A stretch of 64,000 bases of DNA from an uncultured Candidatus Saccharibacteria bacterium (GTDB lineage Bacteria > Patescibacteriota > Minisyncoccia > UBA6257 > 2-01-FULL-56-20). Within the stretch, counting starts at the first letter, position 1. Each line of letters opens with the position of its first letter. The stretch covers positions 2,452 to 66,451 of the forward strand of contig CAYOEP010000002.1 in NCBI GenBank assembly GCA_964403045.1, read 5' to 3'. The translations under genes and the position numbers were made by a program. The notes under the pieces are model-generated. The model ran no database searches and was not told the DNA's origin. It saw only the letters and a program-made list of their open reading frames with translations. Below, piece after piece: positions 41,961-52,221 of the stretch.

Positions 41961-44900
41961 GTGAGCGAGTATACATTCCAGCAGTATTACCGCCGCCTTA
42001 ATCCTTCCCAGCGAGAAGCCGTGGACGCGGTGGAGGGAACAGTGATGGTGATTGCAGGTCCTGGTACTGGCAAGACGCAGGTCCTTACCCTGCGGATTGC
42101 CAATATTTTGCGCAGGACGCAGGCAACACCGGATAGTATCCTAGCGCTTACTTTTACCGAGTCCGGGGCGCACGCGATGCGCCAGCGGCTGGTGCAAATT
42201 ATCGGGAGTCCCGCCTATCACGTGACAGTCGCTACGTTCCACGGGTTCTGCAACGAGATTATTAGAGAGTATCCTGAGTATTTCCCCCGTGTCATCGGCG
42301 CGACTAACATTACCGAGGCAGAGCAGGTGGCGCTGGTGCGGGATATTCTTGCTTCTTCCCGCCTTAGGAAGCTCAAACCCTCGGGGGACGAGTTCTACTA
42401 CGTGCGGCATATTGTCGAGGCAATGAACGAGTTAAAACGCGAAGACATTGCGCCCGATGAGTTTGGAAAGATTGTGGCGCGCCAGCATAAGGAGTATTTG
42501 GCAATTCCGGGAAGAATCCACGAGAAAGGTCCATACCGAGGGAAAGTTAAGGCAAAATTCCAAAAAATCGAGGATCGTCTCGCCCGCAACGAGGAGCTCG
42601 CGAAAGTCTACCGCCTCTACCAGAAAGAACTTGCCCGCCGCCGCCTCTATGACTACAACGATATGATTATGGAAGTTCTCACCGCGCTCCGCTCAAACGG
42701 CGATCTTCTTGCCGCTCTGCAGGAGCAGTATCATTACTTCCTTGCCGACGAACACCAAGACGCGAACAGGGCGCAAAACCATCTCCTCGAACTTCTCTGT
42801 AGCTTCTATGATGATCCTAATTTATTCTTGGTAGGCGACGAGAAGCAGGCGATTTTCCGCTTTCAGGGTGCCTCTCTCGAGAATTTTTCCTACTTCCTTT
42901 CCCGCTATCCCCACGCGAAAGTTATTCATCTTACCACAAGCTATCGGTCTCCTCAGCCGCTCCTCGACGCGGCCCATACACTCATTTCCGCCGGGTTGGG
43001 GAAGCATGTGCCGCTTGCCGCACATGTTTCCCCCGGCTTACGGGAGCCACCTCTGCGTGTTGTTGAATTTCCCAGCGAAGAAGAGGAAGCGCGTGCGGTT
43101 GCGGCTGCAATCCGCCGCCGCCTCAAGGAGGGTATTGCCCCCTCCGAAATTGCCATCCTCTATCGCGACAATAAAGACGCGGCACAGCTTACCCCGTTCC
43201 TGCGGGAATATCAGGTGCCGTTTGTGGTTGAGTCCGAAGAGGATATTTTGGGTACTCCGGTGGCGCGGAAGCTAGTGCTTCTTCTTGAAGCGGTTGCTAT
43301 GTTTGGCAGCGGCGAACAGTTTATCCATGCGCTCCATCTTCCGGAGTTTGGAATTGAGGCGGCGGATATTTTTCTACTGCTCGCCGCAGCGGGCGGTAAT
43401 CCCCGTCGCCTGCTCACTCTCGCGCGTTCTGAGCAACGCCTCCGCGATTGTGGTGTAGCGCATCCACAGCGAATTGTGGCAGCAACAAAGAAGTTGGGAA
43501 AATGGCACTCCCTTGCACAAGTGGAAAACCTTGATATTGTGCTGAACCGCGTTCTTGAAGAATCAGGACTGCTTGCCGCGCTGCTCCACAGTGGCAGTAT
43601 GGAAGACATGGAACGACTTGGACGTCTATTTGACGAAGCGCGCCGCCTTGTGGAGAACCATAAGCGCTACACATTGGAAGAATTTCTGCGGTACCTTGAA
43701 GTTCTGCGCGTGCACCGTATCCCGTTGCAGAGGGAAGCCGGCGAGCACTTACGCAAGGGGAAAGTACGGCTGATGACTGCCCATAAGGCAAAAGGGAGGG
43801 AATTCGACTATGTCTACATTATTGGCGCGTATGACGGGCACTGGGGCGGCAGGAAGTCGCGGCGCTTCTTTCTCCTTCCCACGGAAGGATCGCCAGGATC
43901 TGTGGCGGATGAGGACGAGGAAAGACGGTTGTTCTATGTTGCGCTGACGCGCGCCCGGCGGGCGGTGCAGATAAGCTACGCGCGTGTTTCCCCTGAGGGG
44001 AGAGAACGGATGCCGAGCAGGTTTATTACCGATTTGAAGGATCATATCGCGGTGGAGAGTAGGGCTGCTGCACCGGCAGAGGAGGCTGCGGGGGTGGGAC
44101 GAGCCCGTTTCCAGATTGCGTCCCCGGCGACTTCTGCGAACGCCTATAGTATGTCTATTCTTCGGGAGCTTTTCCTTACGCAGGGGCTTTCTGTAACGGC
44201 ATTGAACAACTACTTGCGGTGTCCCCGCCTCTATCTTTATGTGAATCTGCTCCGCGTGCCTCGCGTGGCCGAGAAAACGCAGCGCTATGGCATTGCGGTA
44301 CATGCCGCACTTCGCACCTTTTTCGACCGCTATCGGGAAGGACAAAATCCCCCTGAGGAATTTCTTCTTGATCTCTTTTGGAGGCATCTTCAGCGCCAGC
44401 CGTTTTCTCCTGAAGACCTTGCGGTATACGGGGAACGCGGGAGGGTGGCGCTCTCGGGATACTACCGCACCTATTTCCCTCAGTGGCATCGCGCAATTCT
44501 CAATGAGTTTCGGGTGCGGGGCGTCCAGCTTACTCCGGAAATTCGCCTTGTGGGGATGATAGACAAGATAGAATTTCTTGATGCGGCAGGGAGTGTGAAT
44601 GTAGTTGACTATAAAACTGGCGTTCCAAGGTCGCGCAGGGCAATTGAAGGCACTACAAAGAGTTCACGCGGGGAGTATAAGCGCCAGCTGGTGTTTTACA
44701 AATTACTATTGGAACGGTCTTCAAAGCGGTATAGAGTGGTGAGCGGCGAGATTGATTTCGTAGAACCTACGAAAAGCGGGAAATATCGGAAGGAACGCTT
44801 TTTGCTCTCAGCGGAAGAAGTGGAAGACTTGGAACGTCTTGTTCGCGAAGTTGCTACCGAAATCCTTTCGGGGGAATTCCTTGAGAAATCTTGCGGCGAC

Positions 44901-44969
44901 CCTCGTTGTAGTTTTTGTGCGCTTTGGGAAGGGAAACAGGTCTCACTGCTGCCGGATGCTACTTGTTGA
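41961..44969 (+). CDS. UvrD/REP-type SF1 helicase fused to a PD-(D/E)XK nuclease (AddA/AdnAB-like)
   Basis: AGPGTGKT, ADEHQD, TAHKAKGREF, EERRLFYVALTRA; C-terminal IDKI..VDYKTG with four Cys. Confidence 0.92.
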   Translation: MSEYTFQQYYRRLNPSQREAVDAVEGTVMVIAGPGTGKTQVLTLRIANILRRTQATPDSILALTFTESGAHAMRQRLVQIIGSPAYHVTVATFHGFCNEIIREYPEYFPRVIGATNITEAEQVALVRDILASSRLRKLKPSGDEFYYVRHIVEAMNELKREDIAPDEFGKIVARQHKEYLAIPGRIHEKGPYRGKVKAKFQKIEDRLARNEELAKVYRLYQKELARRRLYDYNDMIMEVLTALRSNGDLLAALQEQYHYFLADEHQDANRAQNHLLELLCSFYDDPNLFLVGDEKQAIFRFQGASLENFSYFLSRYPHAKVIHLTTSYRSPQPLLDAAHTLISAGLGKHVPLAAHVSPGLREPPLRVVEFPSEEEEARAVAAAIRRRLKEGIAPSEIAILYRDNKDAAQLTPFLREYQVPFVVESEEDILGTPVARKLVLLLEAVAMFGSGEQFIHALHLPEFGIEAADIFLLLAAAGGNPRRLLTLARSEQRLRDCGVAHPQRIVAATKKLGKWHSLAQVENLDIVLNRVLEESGLLAALLHSGSMEDMERLGRLFDEARRLVENHKRYTLEEFLRYLEVLRVHRIPLQREAGEHLRKGKVRLMTAHKAKGREFDYVYIIGAYDGHWGGRKSRRFFLLPTEGSPGSVADEDEERRLFYVALTRARRAVQISYARVSPEGRERMPSRFITDLKDHIAVESRAAAPAEEAAGVGRARFQIASPATSANAYSMSILRELFLTQGLSVTALNNYLRCPRLYLYVNLLRVPRVAEKTQRYGIAVHAALRTFFDRYREGQNPPEEFLLDLFWRHLQRQPFSPEDLAVYGERGRVALSGYYRTYFPQWHRAILNEFRVRGVQLTPEIRLVGMIDKIEFLDAAGSVNVVDYKTGVPRSRRAIEGTTKSSRGEYKRQLVFYKLLLERSSKRYRVVSGEIDFVEPTKSGKYRKERFLLSAEEVEDLERLVREVATEILSGEFLEKSCGDPRCSFCALWEGKQVSLLPDATC

Positions 44970-45053
44970 CTAAAATCCTGTGTTGTGTTACAACTGCCGC
45001 TGTAGCGTTGGACGAATTACTGCATTGCCGCAGGGCAGAAAAGGAGGAGTAAA

Positions 45054-45284
45054 ATGCCGCACTGCAGGAGGAAGAAGAACGAGGATGAGATTCTTACCAG
45101 CAGGGAGGCACAAGAGCTTCTCAAAATCGGGCGGACTAAGCTGTGGCAGCTCACGCGTGCTGGCGAAATCCCTGCCTATCGAGTGGGCAGTGGCAAGACG
45201 TCATCCCTTCGCTACAAGAGGTCGGAGCTCTTGGAATGGCTCCATGGCAGGCGCATTGGAGGAAAGTCCGAGCGCTGCAAGTAA
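45054..45284 (+). CDS. Excisionase/HTH_17-family DNA-binding protein
   Basis: [41 protein letters not shown]; strong SD; terminator about 45292-45324. Confidence 0.85.
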   Translation: MPHCRRKKNEDEILTSREAQELLKIGRTKLWQLTRAGEIPAYRVGSGKTSSLRYKRSELLEWLHGRRIGGKSERCK

Positions 45285-45361
45285 AATACGTGCCCCTCTC
45301 CTCGCCGCAGGAAGGGGCTTTTTTATTTACATTCCGCCATTTTTATGTTATACTTGCAATT

Positions 45362-47962
45362 ATGGATAACTTTCAATTTACCGAAAAAGCTGAAGAAGCA
45401 GTTTCTTCGGCCGCGCTCCTCGCGCGGGAGAAGAGAAATCCGGAGGTTACCCCAATCCACTTGCTTGCTGCACTTCTCACACAGTCTGACACGGCGGTGC
45501 GCCCGCTTCTTGCTTCTGCGGGTGCGGATATTCCGCGCCTCACGGAGGCAGTTACTGGATCGCTGCAAAAATTACCTGTAGTACAGGAAGGATCCTATGA
45601 GACGCGTGCGGGTGGCGAGCTGCAGGATGTGCTCATTGCGGCGAATCGGGAGCGCACACAGCTTGGCGATGCGTACGTGAGTACGGAGCATCTTCTCCTC
45701 GCCCTCGCGCGGGGGAAGAATACAGCAAGCGAAGTACTCCGCGCACAGGGGATTTCTTATGAGCTTCTCACGCGCGGCATTCCCAAGGTACGCGGCGGGG
45801 CAAAAGTGACCGACCGGGCGGCGGAAGGAAAATATCGCGTTCTGGAAAAGTACGGACAGAATCTTACCGCCCTCGCGCGTGAGGGGAAACTGGACCCTGT
45901 AGTGGGGAGAGATGAAGAAGTACGCCGCATGATGCAGGTACTTTCCCGCCGTACGAAGAACAATCCTGTCCTTCTCGGGGATCCGGGAGTAGGCAAAACT
46001 GCAATTGTGGAAGGGCTTGCCCAGCGCATTGCGGCCGGTGATGTACCTGCAACCTTGCGCAACAGGGAAATTGTGGCGCTCGATATTGGTTCGCTCCTCG
46101 CGGGCGCAAAGTATCGTGGTGAGTTTGAGGACCGTCTCAAAGCAGTGTTGCGTGAGGTCGAGCAGTCAGACGGGCGCATTATTTTGTTTGTGGATGAGCT
46201 CCATACTGTGGTGGGCGCAGGCGGTGCGGAGGGCGCAATTGATGCCGCGAATATGCTCAAGCCGCTCCTCGCCCGTGGGAAATTGCACATGATTGGGGCT
46301 ACCACTGTGGATGAGTACCGGAAATATATCGAGAAAGATGCCGCGCTTGAGCGGAGGTTTCAGCCTATTTTTGTGGAAGAGCCGTCACCTGAGGACACGC
46401 TTGCAATACTGCGCGGCATTAAGGAAAGGTATGAGGTACATCATGGTGTGAAAATTTCTGATGCGGCACTTGTCGCTGCTGTACGCCTTTCCTCGCGCTA
46501 CATTACTGACCGATTTCTTCCTGATAAGGCGATTGACTTGATTGATGAGGCAACATCGGCGCTCAAGATGGAAATTGAGAGTATGCCGGCAGAGCTTGAC
46601 CGGGTGAAGCGGCGCCTCAGCCAGCTTGCCGTGGAACAGGAAGCACTCAAGGGCGAGAAAGGTGCCTCCTCGGAGCGAATTCAGGAAATTACAAAGGAGA
46701 TGTCCAACCTTCGGGAGCGAGAGAAAGCACTCGAGGAAGAGTGGCAATATGAGAAACGTTTACTGCAAGAGCATCGTAGTCTCTCAGAGCATATTGAGCA
46801 GCTTCGCCTGGAACGGGAGCAGGCGGAACGGGAAGGCAACTACCAGAAAGCTGCGGAAATTCAGTATGGAAAAATTCCCGAAACGGAAAAGAAAATTGCA
46901 GAGATCCAGAATCAGTTGGACCAAATTCCTCCCGAGAAGAGAATTTTACGGGAAGAGGTGACTGAGGAAGATATCGCGCGGGTAGTGGCAAAGTGGACTG
47001 GCATTCCAATTGAGAAGCTGGTAGCGGGGGAGGCGGAAAAACTGCTCCACCTTGAGGAGGAACTTTCCCGCAGGGTGGTGGGACAGAAGGAGGCAATCGA
47101 AGCAGTTGCGCGGGCGATTCGAAGAAATCGGGCGCGACTCTCGCCTCGCCGCCGTCCTATTGGATCCTTCATCTTTCTGGGGCCTACCGGCGTGGGCAAA
47201 ACTGAGCTCGCGCGTGCGCTCGCGGAAGTGCTGTTTGACGACCGTGACGCGATGGTGCGCATTGATATGTCAGAGTATATGGAACAGCATGCCGTAGCGC
47301 GTCTTATCGGCGCTCCTCCCGGTTATGTGGGCTACGATGAGGGCGGACAGCTGACCGAGGCAGTGCGGCGCCGCCCTTACAGCGTGATACTCTTTGACGA
47401 AATTGAGAAGGCGCACCGTGATGTGTTCCACATTCTCCTCCAAGTCCTTGATGATGCCCGCCTTACCGATGGCAAAGGGAGAACGGTAGATTTCCAGAAC
47501 TCCATTATCATTATGACTTCCAATTTAGGGAGCGCGCTGATTCAGGAGTGGAAAGGCGGCGACGAAAGAGCGCTGTTCGCGAAAGTCCAAGAAATTGTGC
47601 GCGGACATTTCCCGCCGGAATTTCTGAATCGCGTGGATCGGGTAGTAATGTTCCACCGTTTGGAGCGGCAGCAGGTGCGGGAGATTGTTGCTATTCAACT
47701 TGAAGAGGTTGCTGCCATGCTGCGGCAGGAGCACAACATCACGCTCCTTGTGAGCGATAAAGTGCGCGACTTTCTCGCAGAGGAGGGGTACGATCCTGCG
47801 TTTGGCGCTCGCCCTCTCCGGCGCACAATTGAAACAGAGCTTCTCGATCCGCTTGCCACTGAGCTTATTGAGGGCAAAATTCGGGATGGGGAGACAATCT
47901 CCGCCGAGCTTGGCAAGGACCATCGCGTGCTCTTCCGCAAGAAAACAGCGCGGAAAAAGTGA
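45362..47962 (+). CDS. clpB: Chaperone ClpB
   Basis: Clp-N repeats, GDPGVGKT, long middle coiled coil, GPTGVGKT. Confidence 0.96.
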   Translation: MDNFQFTEKAEEAVSSAALLAREKRNPEVTPIHLLAALLTQSDTAVRPLLASAGADIPRLTEAVTGSLQKLPVVQEGSYETRAGGELQDVLIAANRERTQLGDAYVSTEHLLLALARGKNTASEVLRAQGISYELLTRGIPKVRGGAKVTDRAAEGKYRVLEKYGQNLTALAREGKLDPVVGRDEEVRRMMQVLSRRTKNNPVLLGDPGVGKTAIVEGLAQRIAAGDVPATLRNREIVALDIGSLLAGAKYRGEFEDRLKAVLREVEQSDGRIILFVDELHTVVGAGGAEGAIDAANMLKPLLARGKLHMIGATTVDEYRKYIEKDAALERRFQPIFVEEPSPEDTLAILRGIKERYEVHHGVKISDAALVAAVRLSSRYITDRFLPDKAIDLIDEATSALKMEIESMPAELDRVKRRLSQLAVEQEALKGEKGASSERIQEITKEMSNLREREKALEEEWQYEKRLLQEHRSLSEHIEQLRLEREQAEREGNYQKAAEIQYGKIPETEKKIAEIQNQLDQIPPEKRILREEVTEEDIARVVAKWTGIPIEKLVAGEAEKLLHLEEELSRRVVGQKEAIEAVARAIRRNRARLSPRRRPIGSFIFLGPTGVGKTELARALAEVLFDDRDAMVRIDMSEYMEQHAVARLIGAPPGYVGYDEGGQLTEAVRRRPYSVILFDEIEKAHRDVFHILLQVLDDARLTDGKGRTVDFQNSIIIMTSNLGSALIQEWKGGDERALFAKVQEIVRGHFPPEFLNRVDRVVMFHRLERQQVREIVAIQLEEVAAMLRQEHNITLLVSDKVRDFLAEEGYDPAFGARPLRRTIETELLDPLATELIEGKIRDGETISAELGKDHRVLFRKKTARKK

Positions 47963-48021
47963 GCGCGTGTTATCCACATCCCCTTCTTGCGGAAAATGTC
48001 ATTGCGCGCTTAAATAAGGGT

Positions 48022-49095
48022 ATGATGAAAAAAATTGTCGTTAGTTTAGTTCTTTCTCTTGTCGTACTCCCATTGGGTGTACAGCTAGGTCGTCCTCATC
48101 AGGCAGCGGCGGCGCTCCAGGCACCTGCTGCCCCATCTTCCCGCACACTCCCTGTCCTGCAGGGAAGCAAGGGAGAAGGTGAAGAAGGAAGAGTGGCGCC
48201 GGTCACGCCAAACCCTATCCGGAGCGTTCGTCCTATCAAGCCGCAGCCTGTGCCTTCGCCGGTGCCGCCAGTGGTACAGCAGCCGCGCGTTCCGGGTAAT
48301 ATTCGGGTCAAGCCGGTGGAGCGAGAAGAACGCGAGCTTCCCGAAGAAATCCGGGTGCGGCGCGGTGAGAATGTCCGCGAAGTGCGGGAAATAAGAAAAG
48401 GTTTGCGCCACGGTGTTTTCCGGAGGAGCAAAGAAGAGATTGAGAAGATGCGCCAGCTTCGCGAGGAAGCCCGCAAGAGGAAGGAGGAAATACGGAAAGA
48501 ATTCCACAGCCGAATACAGGAGAAGAAAAATGAATTCCGCAAGAAAGTCCAAGAAGAGCGCGAGCAATTGCGAGCGCAGCTGAAAAAGATTCGTGATGAG
48601 CGGAAGCAAAAGATCGTCGAGCGGATTAATGACCGCTTGGCACAAATCAATGAGAATCGCGTTGACCATTTCCTCGAAGTTCTCGACAAGCTGGAAGGGA
48701 TTCTCGACAGAATTGAGGCGCGCGTGGATGCGATTGAGGAACAAGGAGGAGACGTGACGGAGTCGCGCGCCGCGATTGCCGCTGCGCGGGATGCAATTGA
48801 GAAAGCGCGCACTGCGGTGGAAGCGCAGGCGGGGAAGGTGTATGAGATTACCATTAGTGGCGAGGGTACGCTCCGCCTCGATGTGGGGAAAGTAGTGCAG
48901 GAGCTCCGTTCCGACCTTAAAGCAATTCGTGACCTGCTCCGCGAGGCGCGGGACGCAATCCGTGATTCTCTCCACACGGTGATTCGGCTGGTGCGGCAGC
49001 AGCATGAGAATGAGAATGCAGCGGTGGAGGCTACGACGGACCAAGAGCAGAACCAGGGAGCAGGTGAGGAATCTTCAGAAGGAAGCAACCAATAA
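48022..49095 (+). CDS. Secreted long coiled-coil protein
   Basis: Signal peptide, Pro-rich linker, E/K/R-rich helices. Confidence 0.75.
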   Translation: MMKKIVVSLVLSLVVLPLGVQLGRPHQAAAALQAPAAPSSRTLPVLQGSKGEGEEGRVAPVTPNPIRSVRPIKPQPVPSPVPPVVQQPRVPGNIRVKPVEREERELPEEIRVRRGENVREVREIRKGLRHGVFRRSKEEIEKMRQLREEARKRKEEIRKEFHSRIQEKKNEFRKKVQEEREQLRAQLKKIRDERKQKIVERINDRLAQINENRVDHFLEVLDKLEGILDRIEARVDAIEEQGGDVTESRAAIAAARDAIEKARTAVEAQAGKVYEITISGEGTLRLDVGKVVQELRSDLKAIRDLLREARDAIRDSLHTVIRLVRQQHENENAAVEATTDQEQNQGAGEESSEGSNQ

Positions 49096-49180
49096 TCTGC
49101 TTGCTATCAAAGGGCGTTCACAAAGAATTGGTACTCAAAGGTTAATCCCGCCAGTACCATAAAGGTAGAGCACAAATAGT

Positions 49181-49513
49181 ATGGAGAACACTACTCCACA
49201 GCAGCAGCCGCAGGGAACTCCTGGAGGGTTTCAGCCGAGTTCTTCTCCCTCAGAAGAGGGGAAGAAAAAAAGCTCTCTCGCACCGCTCATTGCGATTGTC
49301 GTCCTTATTCTTCTTGTCGTCGTAGGGTATGCGGTGTGGGCGTATCTGAAGGGGCCTCAGGGAACCCCGCAGCAGCCTCCGATACCGCAGGAGCAGCAGC
49401 CTTCCCAGGCCAAGGATGACGTACAAGCACTGGATCAGGAGCTGCAAAATCTGAATCTTGGCAATGTGGAAGCAGATTTCCAGGATGTGGATCAAGACCT
49501 TAACAACCTCTAG
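49181..49513 (+). CDS. Single-TM hypothetical protein
   Basis: Q/P-rich ends, central TM, terminator follows. Confidence 0.75.
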   Translation: MENTTPQQQPQGTPGGFQPSSSPSEEGKKKSSLAPLIAIVVLILLVVVGYAVWAYLKGPQGTPQQPPIPQEQQPSQAKDDVQALDQELQNLNLGNVEADFQDVDQDLNNL

Positions 49514-49522
49514 GACTAGGTA

Positions 49523-49559
49523 AGCAAAAACTCCCCGCTATAGGCGGGGAGTTTTTGCT
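49523..49559. terminator. Terminator hairpin
   Basis: gcaaaaactccccgc/gcggggagtttttgc. Confidence 0.8.
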
Positions 49560-49570
49560 ATTATTCAATT

Positions 49571-50158
49571 GTGCAGCAAAAACGCAGCTCACCACTCTAT
49601 TTTCGAAGTTTTTGCCCCCGCGCCGCCCGTATTCTCCGCGGCGGGGGAATCGGCGTGCTTCCCACCGATACTCTTTACGGCATTGTAGCTTCGGCGCTTC
49701 TCCCTGCGGCAGTCGCGCGTTTGTATTTTGTGCGAGGGCGCAATCTGGCAAAGCCCCTTATTGTCCTTATCGATTCGGTGGATACGCTGCAGGATTTTCA
49801 GGTGCGGATTTCCCAAAGCGCAAGGCAACTCCTTTCTTCTGTATGGCCTGGCCCTCGGAGCGTGGTAATGCCTGTTCGAAAGACCGATTTTCCCCATATT
49901 CATCGTGGCACCGGCAAGATTGCGTTCCGTGTTCCCGCGGTGCGGCGACTGAGATTGTTTCTCCAAGCGACTGGCCCGCTTGTCGCTCCAAGCGCGAACC
50001 ATGAAGGGCTTGCTCCTCTTGCTACTGCCCCTGAGGCTGTTGCGGCATTTGGTGACTGCATTGATTTTGTCATTGATGGAGGCGAGCGCAGGGGCGCCCC
50101 TTCTCGCCTGCTGGAGCTTCGGGGGGCGCGGCTTGTTGCACTACCAAGAAAACCATGA
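49571..50158 (+). CDS. tsaC: Threonylcarbamoyl-AMP synthase (YrdC/Sua5)
   Basis: LPTDTLYGI, KPLIV, WPGP, IAFRVP, APSAN. Confidence 0.9.
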   Translation: MQQKRSSPLYFRSFCPRAARILRGGGIGVLPTDTLYGIVASALLPAAVARLYFVRGRNLAKPLIVLIDSVDTLQDFQVRISQSARQLLSSVWPGPRSVVMPVRKTDFPHIHRGTGKIAFRVPAVRRLRLFLQATGPLVAPSANHEGLAPLATAPEAVAAFGDCIDFVIDGGERRGAPSRLLELRGARLVALPRKP

Positions 50159-50556
50159 CTAGACAGGTGTTCCATATTGCCACCCAGCGTAAGCGGCAGG
50201 TAGTCGACATCACCGAGCAGGTGGGAGATATCATTCGCGACGCAGGAATGAGGGATGGCGTTGTCGTGCTTTCGTTGCTCCACACCACTGCCGCACTGAC
50301 GACTGCGGACCTTGATCCGGGCACTGACCTCGATATGCTCGACGCATTCGCAGCGCTGATTCCGTCTTTGCCCTACCGCCATCCCCACGACCCCTCGCAT
50401 GTGCCAGACCATATCCTCTCCGCTCTTATTGGCACCTCCCTGACGCTCGTGGTAGAGAAAGGATCACTGGCGCTGGGAACATGGCAGCGGGTAGTGCTGG
50501 TGGAATTCAACGGGCCTCGTCAGCGAAGAATTGCTTTCCGGTTCTTACGTTCCTAA
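50155..50556 (+). CDS. yjbQ: YjbQ/UPF0047 family protein
   Basis: HTTAAL, LGTWQRVVLVEFNGPR. Confidence 0.92.
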   Translation: MTRQVFHIATQRKRQVVDITEQVGDIIRDAGMRDGVVVLSLLHTTAALTTADLDPGTDLDMLDAFAALIPSLPYRHPHDPSHVPDHILSALIGTSLTLVVEKGSLALGTWQRVVLVEFNGPRQRRIAFRFLRS

Positions 50557-50610
50557 CGAATGCCTTCGGGTGCCTGGAGGATGCTATAATAATGAGCGGG
50601 AAACGGGTTT

Positions 50611-50904
50611 ATGGAGGCAGAAAAGGAGAATGGCCAGGTGCGTCTTACAATTCATGTAGCAGGGAGAGTACAGGGGGTATTCTTTCGGGAATCCGCGCGC
50701 AGGAAGGCAATTGAGTTAGGGCTTACTGGCTATGCGCGGAATGAGCTTGATGGATCAGTTACTCTTGAAGTCGAGGGAAATGTGCAGCAGGCAAAGCATT
50801 TCCTCGATTGGTGCAGGAAAGGCCCGCCGCTCGCGCGGGTGCAACAGGTTATCTACCGCGTTGCGCCGAGCCGGCAAGAATTCATTGGCTTTGTAGTGCA
50901 ATAG
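50611..50904 (+). CDS. acyP: Acylphosphatase
   Basis: GRVQGVFFR, GYARNELDGSV, KGPP. Confidence 0.95.
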   Translation: MEAEKENGQVRLTIHVAGRVQGVFFRESARRKAIELGLTGYARNELDGSVTLEVEGNVQQAKHFLDWCRKGPPLARVQQVIYRVAPSRQEFIGFVVQ

Positions 50905-50912
50905 TACGCTTT

Positions 50913-52211
50913 ATGCAGCGAAAAGCGAGAAAGATTAAAAACTGGAGGTCGCTTGCAGTATCTCCGCTTCGCAGGAAGGCGCTCGCAATTGCGGAGGCTG
51001 GATTATGGGCAATCGATACCGAACAGGTTCTGCGCCGTAGCCTTGCGGTGACCCCGGAAGGACATCTTCTCGTCAAAGGTGAGAGGTTTCATCTTCCTAG
51101 GCATGGGAAGCTTCTCGTAGCGGCGATTGGGAAGTGCGCATTTGCGGCAGCACGTGCACTCGAGGCAATTTTAGGAGACCGCATCGATGGGGGAATTGCG
51201 GTGGGAGTGGGGGAGCCGCACGGACTTTCCCGAATTTATCCCTACCAAGGCACTCATCCTTTTCCTTCAGAAAAAAATGTTGCAGCTTCTCGAGAGCTTA
51301 TAGCTTTTCTGCAGAGTGCTACAAAAGATGATGTGGTGCTGACTTTGATTTCCGGAGGGGGATCAACACTTCTTTGTCTTCCCCCGCAGGGAACCTGCAT
51401 GGGAGAAGAGCAGCTCATCAAGAAGTTGTTCCACGCGGGTGCTACAATTCAGGACATCAATACTATTCGCAAACATCTTTCTTTTGCCCGCGGCGGCTTT
51501 TTGGCAAAAGAAGCATATCCTGCACAAGTTGTTTCCCTTATTTTTTCGGACGTCCCGGGAGACGATATTGCTTTTATTTCCTCAGGTCCTACGGTCTATG
51601 ATCACACCACTGTTCGTGATGCGCGCCGCGTGCTGGAGAAGTTTCATCTTGCTCGCGAAGTGCCCGAAGGCGCTCTTCTGGAGACACCCAAGGAAAAGCG
51701 TTATTTCTCTCGGGTGAGAAATATACTTTTGGTAAGCAGTCATACCGCGCTTGCTGCAATGCGTGAAGAGGCGCGGCAACTTGGATTCCGTACTCGAGTG
51801 GACGCGCTCTATCTCCGCGGCGAAGCTGCAGAGCTGGGTGCCCATATTATCACTGAGCTCCACAAAGCGCCCCGAAAGTCGGCGTATCTCTATGGCGGAG
51901 AAACGACAGTTACTGTCCGCGGACATGGTCATGGAGGCAGAAATTTGGAACTTGCTCTTTCTGCCACGCGGTTTGTTCGCGAGGGGGAGATTCTTGTAGC
52001 CATTGCGTCCGACGGCCGTGACAACAGTAGGTTTGGAGGAGCAATTTGTGATACAATAGCAAAGGATCACCTTATAGAGAAAGGCATTGATATCGAGCAG
52101 TTCCTTGCGAACAACGATGAATGCCCTGTCTATGAGGCGATAGGCGATTATCTAATGATGGGGAATACAGGATCCAACGTTTCGGATCTTATGGTCGTAA
52201 TAAAGGAATAG
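50913..52211 (+). CDS. Glycerate 2-kinase (MOFRL/TtuD family)
   Basis: IGKCA, LISGGGS, SDVPGD, GGETTV, GGRN, TGSNVSD. Confidence 0.9.
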   Translation: MQRKARKIKNWRSLAVSPLRRKALAIAEAGLWAIDTEQVLRRSLAVTPEGHLLVKGERFHLPRHGKLLVAAIGKCAFAAARALEAILGDRIDGGIAVGVGEPHGLSRIYPYQGTHPFPSEKNVAASRELIAFLQSATKDDVVLTLISGGGSTLLCLPPQGTCMGEEQLIKKLFHAGATIQDINTIRKHLSFARGGFLAKEAYPAQVVSLIFSDVPGDDIAFISSGPTVYDHTTVRDARRVLEKFHLAREVPEGALLETPKEKRYFSRVRNILLVSSHTALAAMREEARQLGFRTRVDALYLRGEAAELGAHIITELHKAPRKSAYLYGGETTVTVRGHGHGGRNLELALSATRFVREGEILVAIASDGRDNSRFGGAICDTIAKDHLIEKGIDIEQFLANNDECPVYEAIGDYLMMGNTGSNVSDLMVVIKE

Positions 52212-52221
52212 AACTTGATCT

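Noticed and set aside
45054-45284. Prophage or integrative element
   Set aside because: Single small gene flanked by core genes; no integrase, structural genes or att repeats.
14015-47978. Replication origin from DnaA boxes (TTATCCACA at 14015 and 47970)
   Set aside because: Boxes are isolated, with no cluster, unwinding element or dnaA gene.
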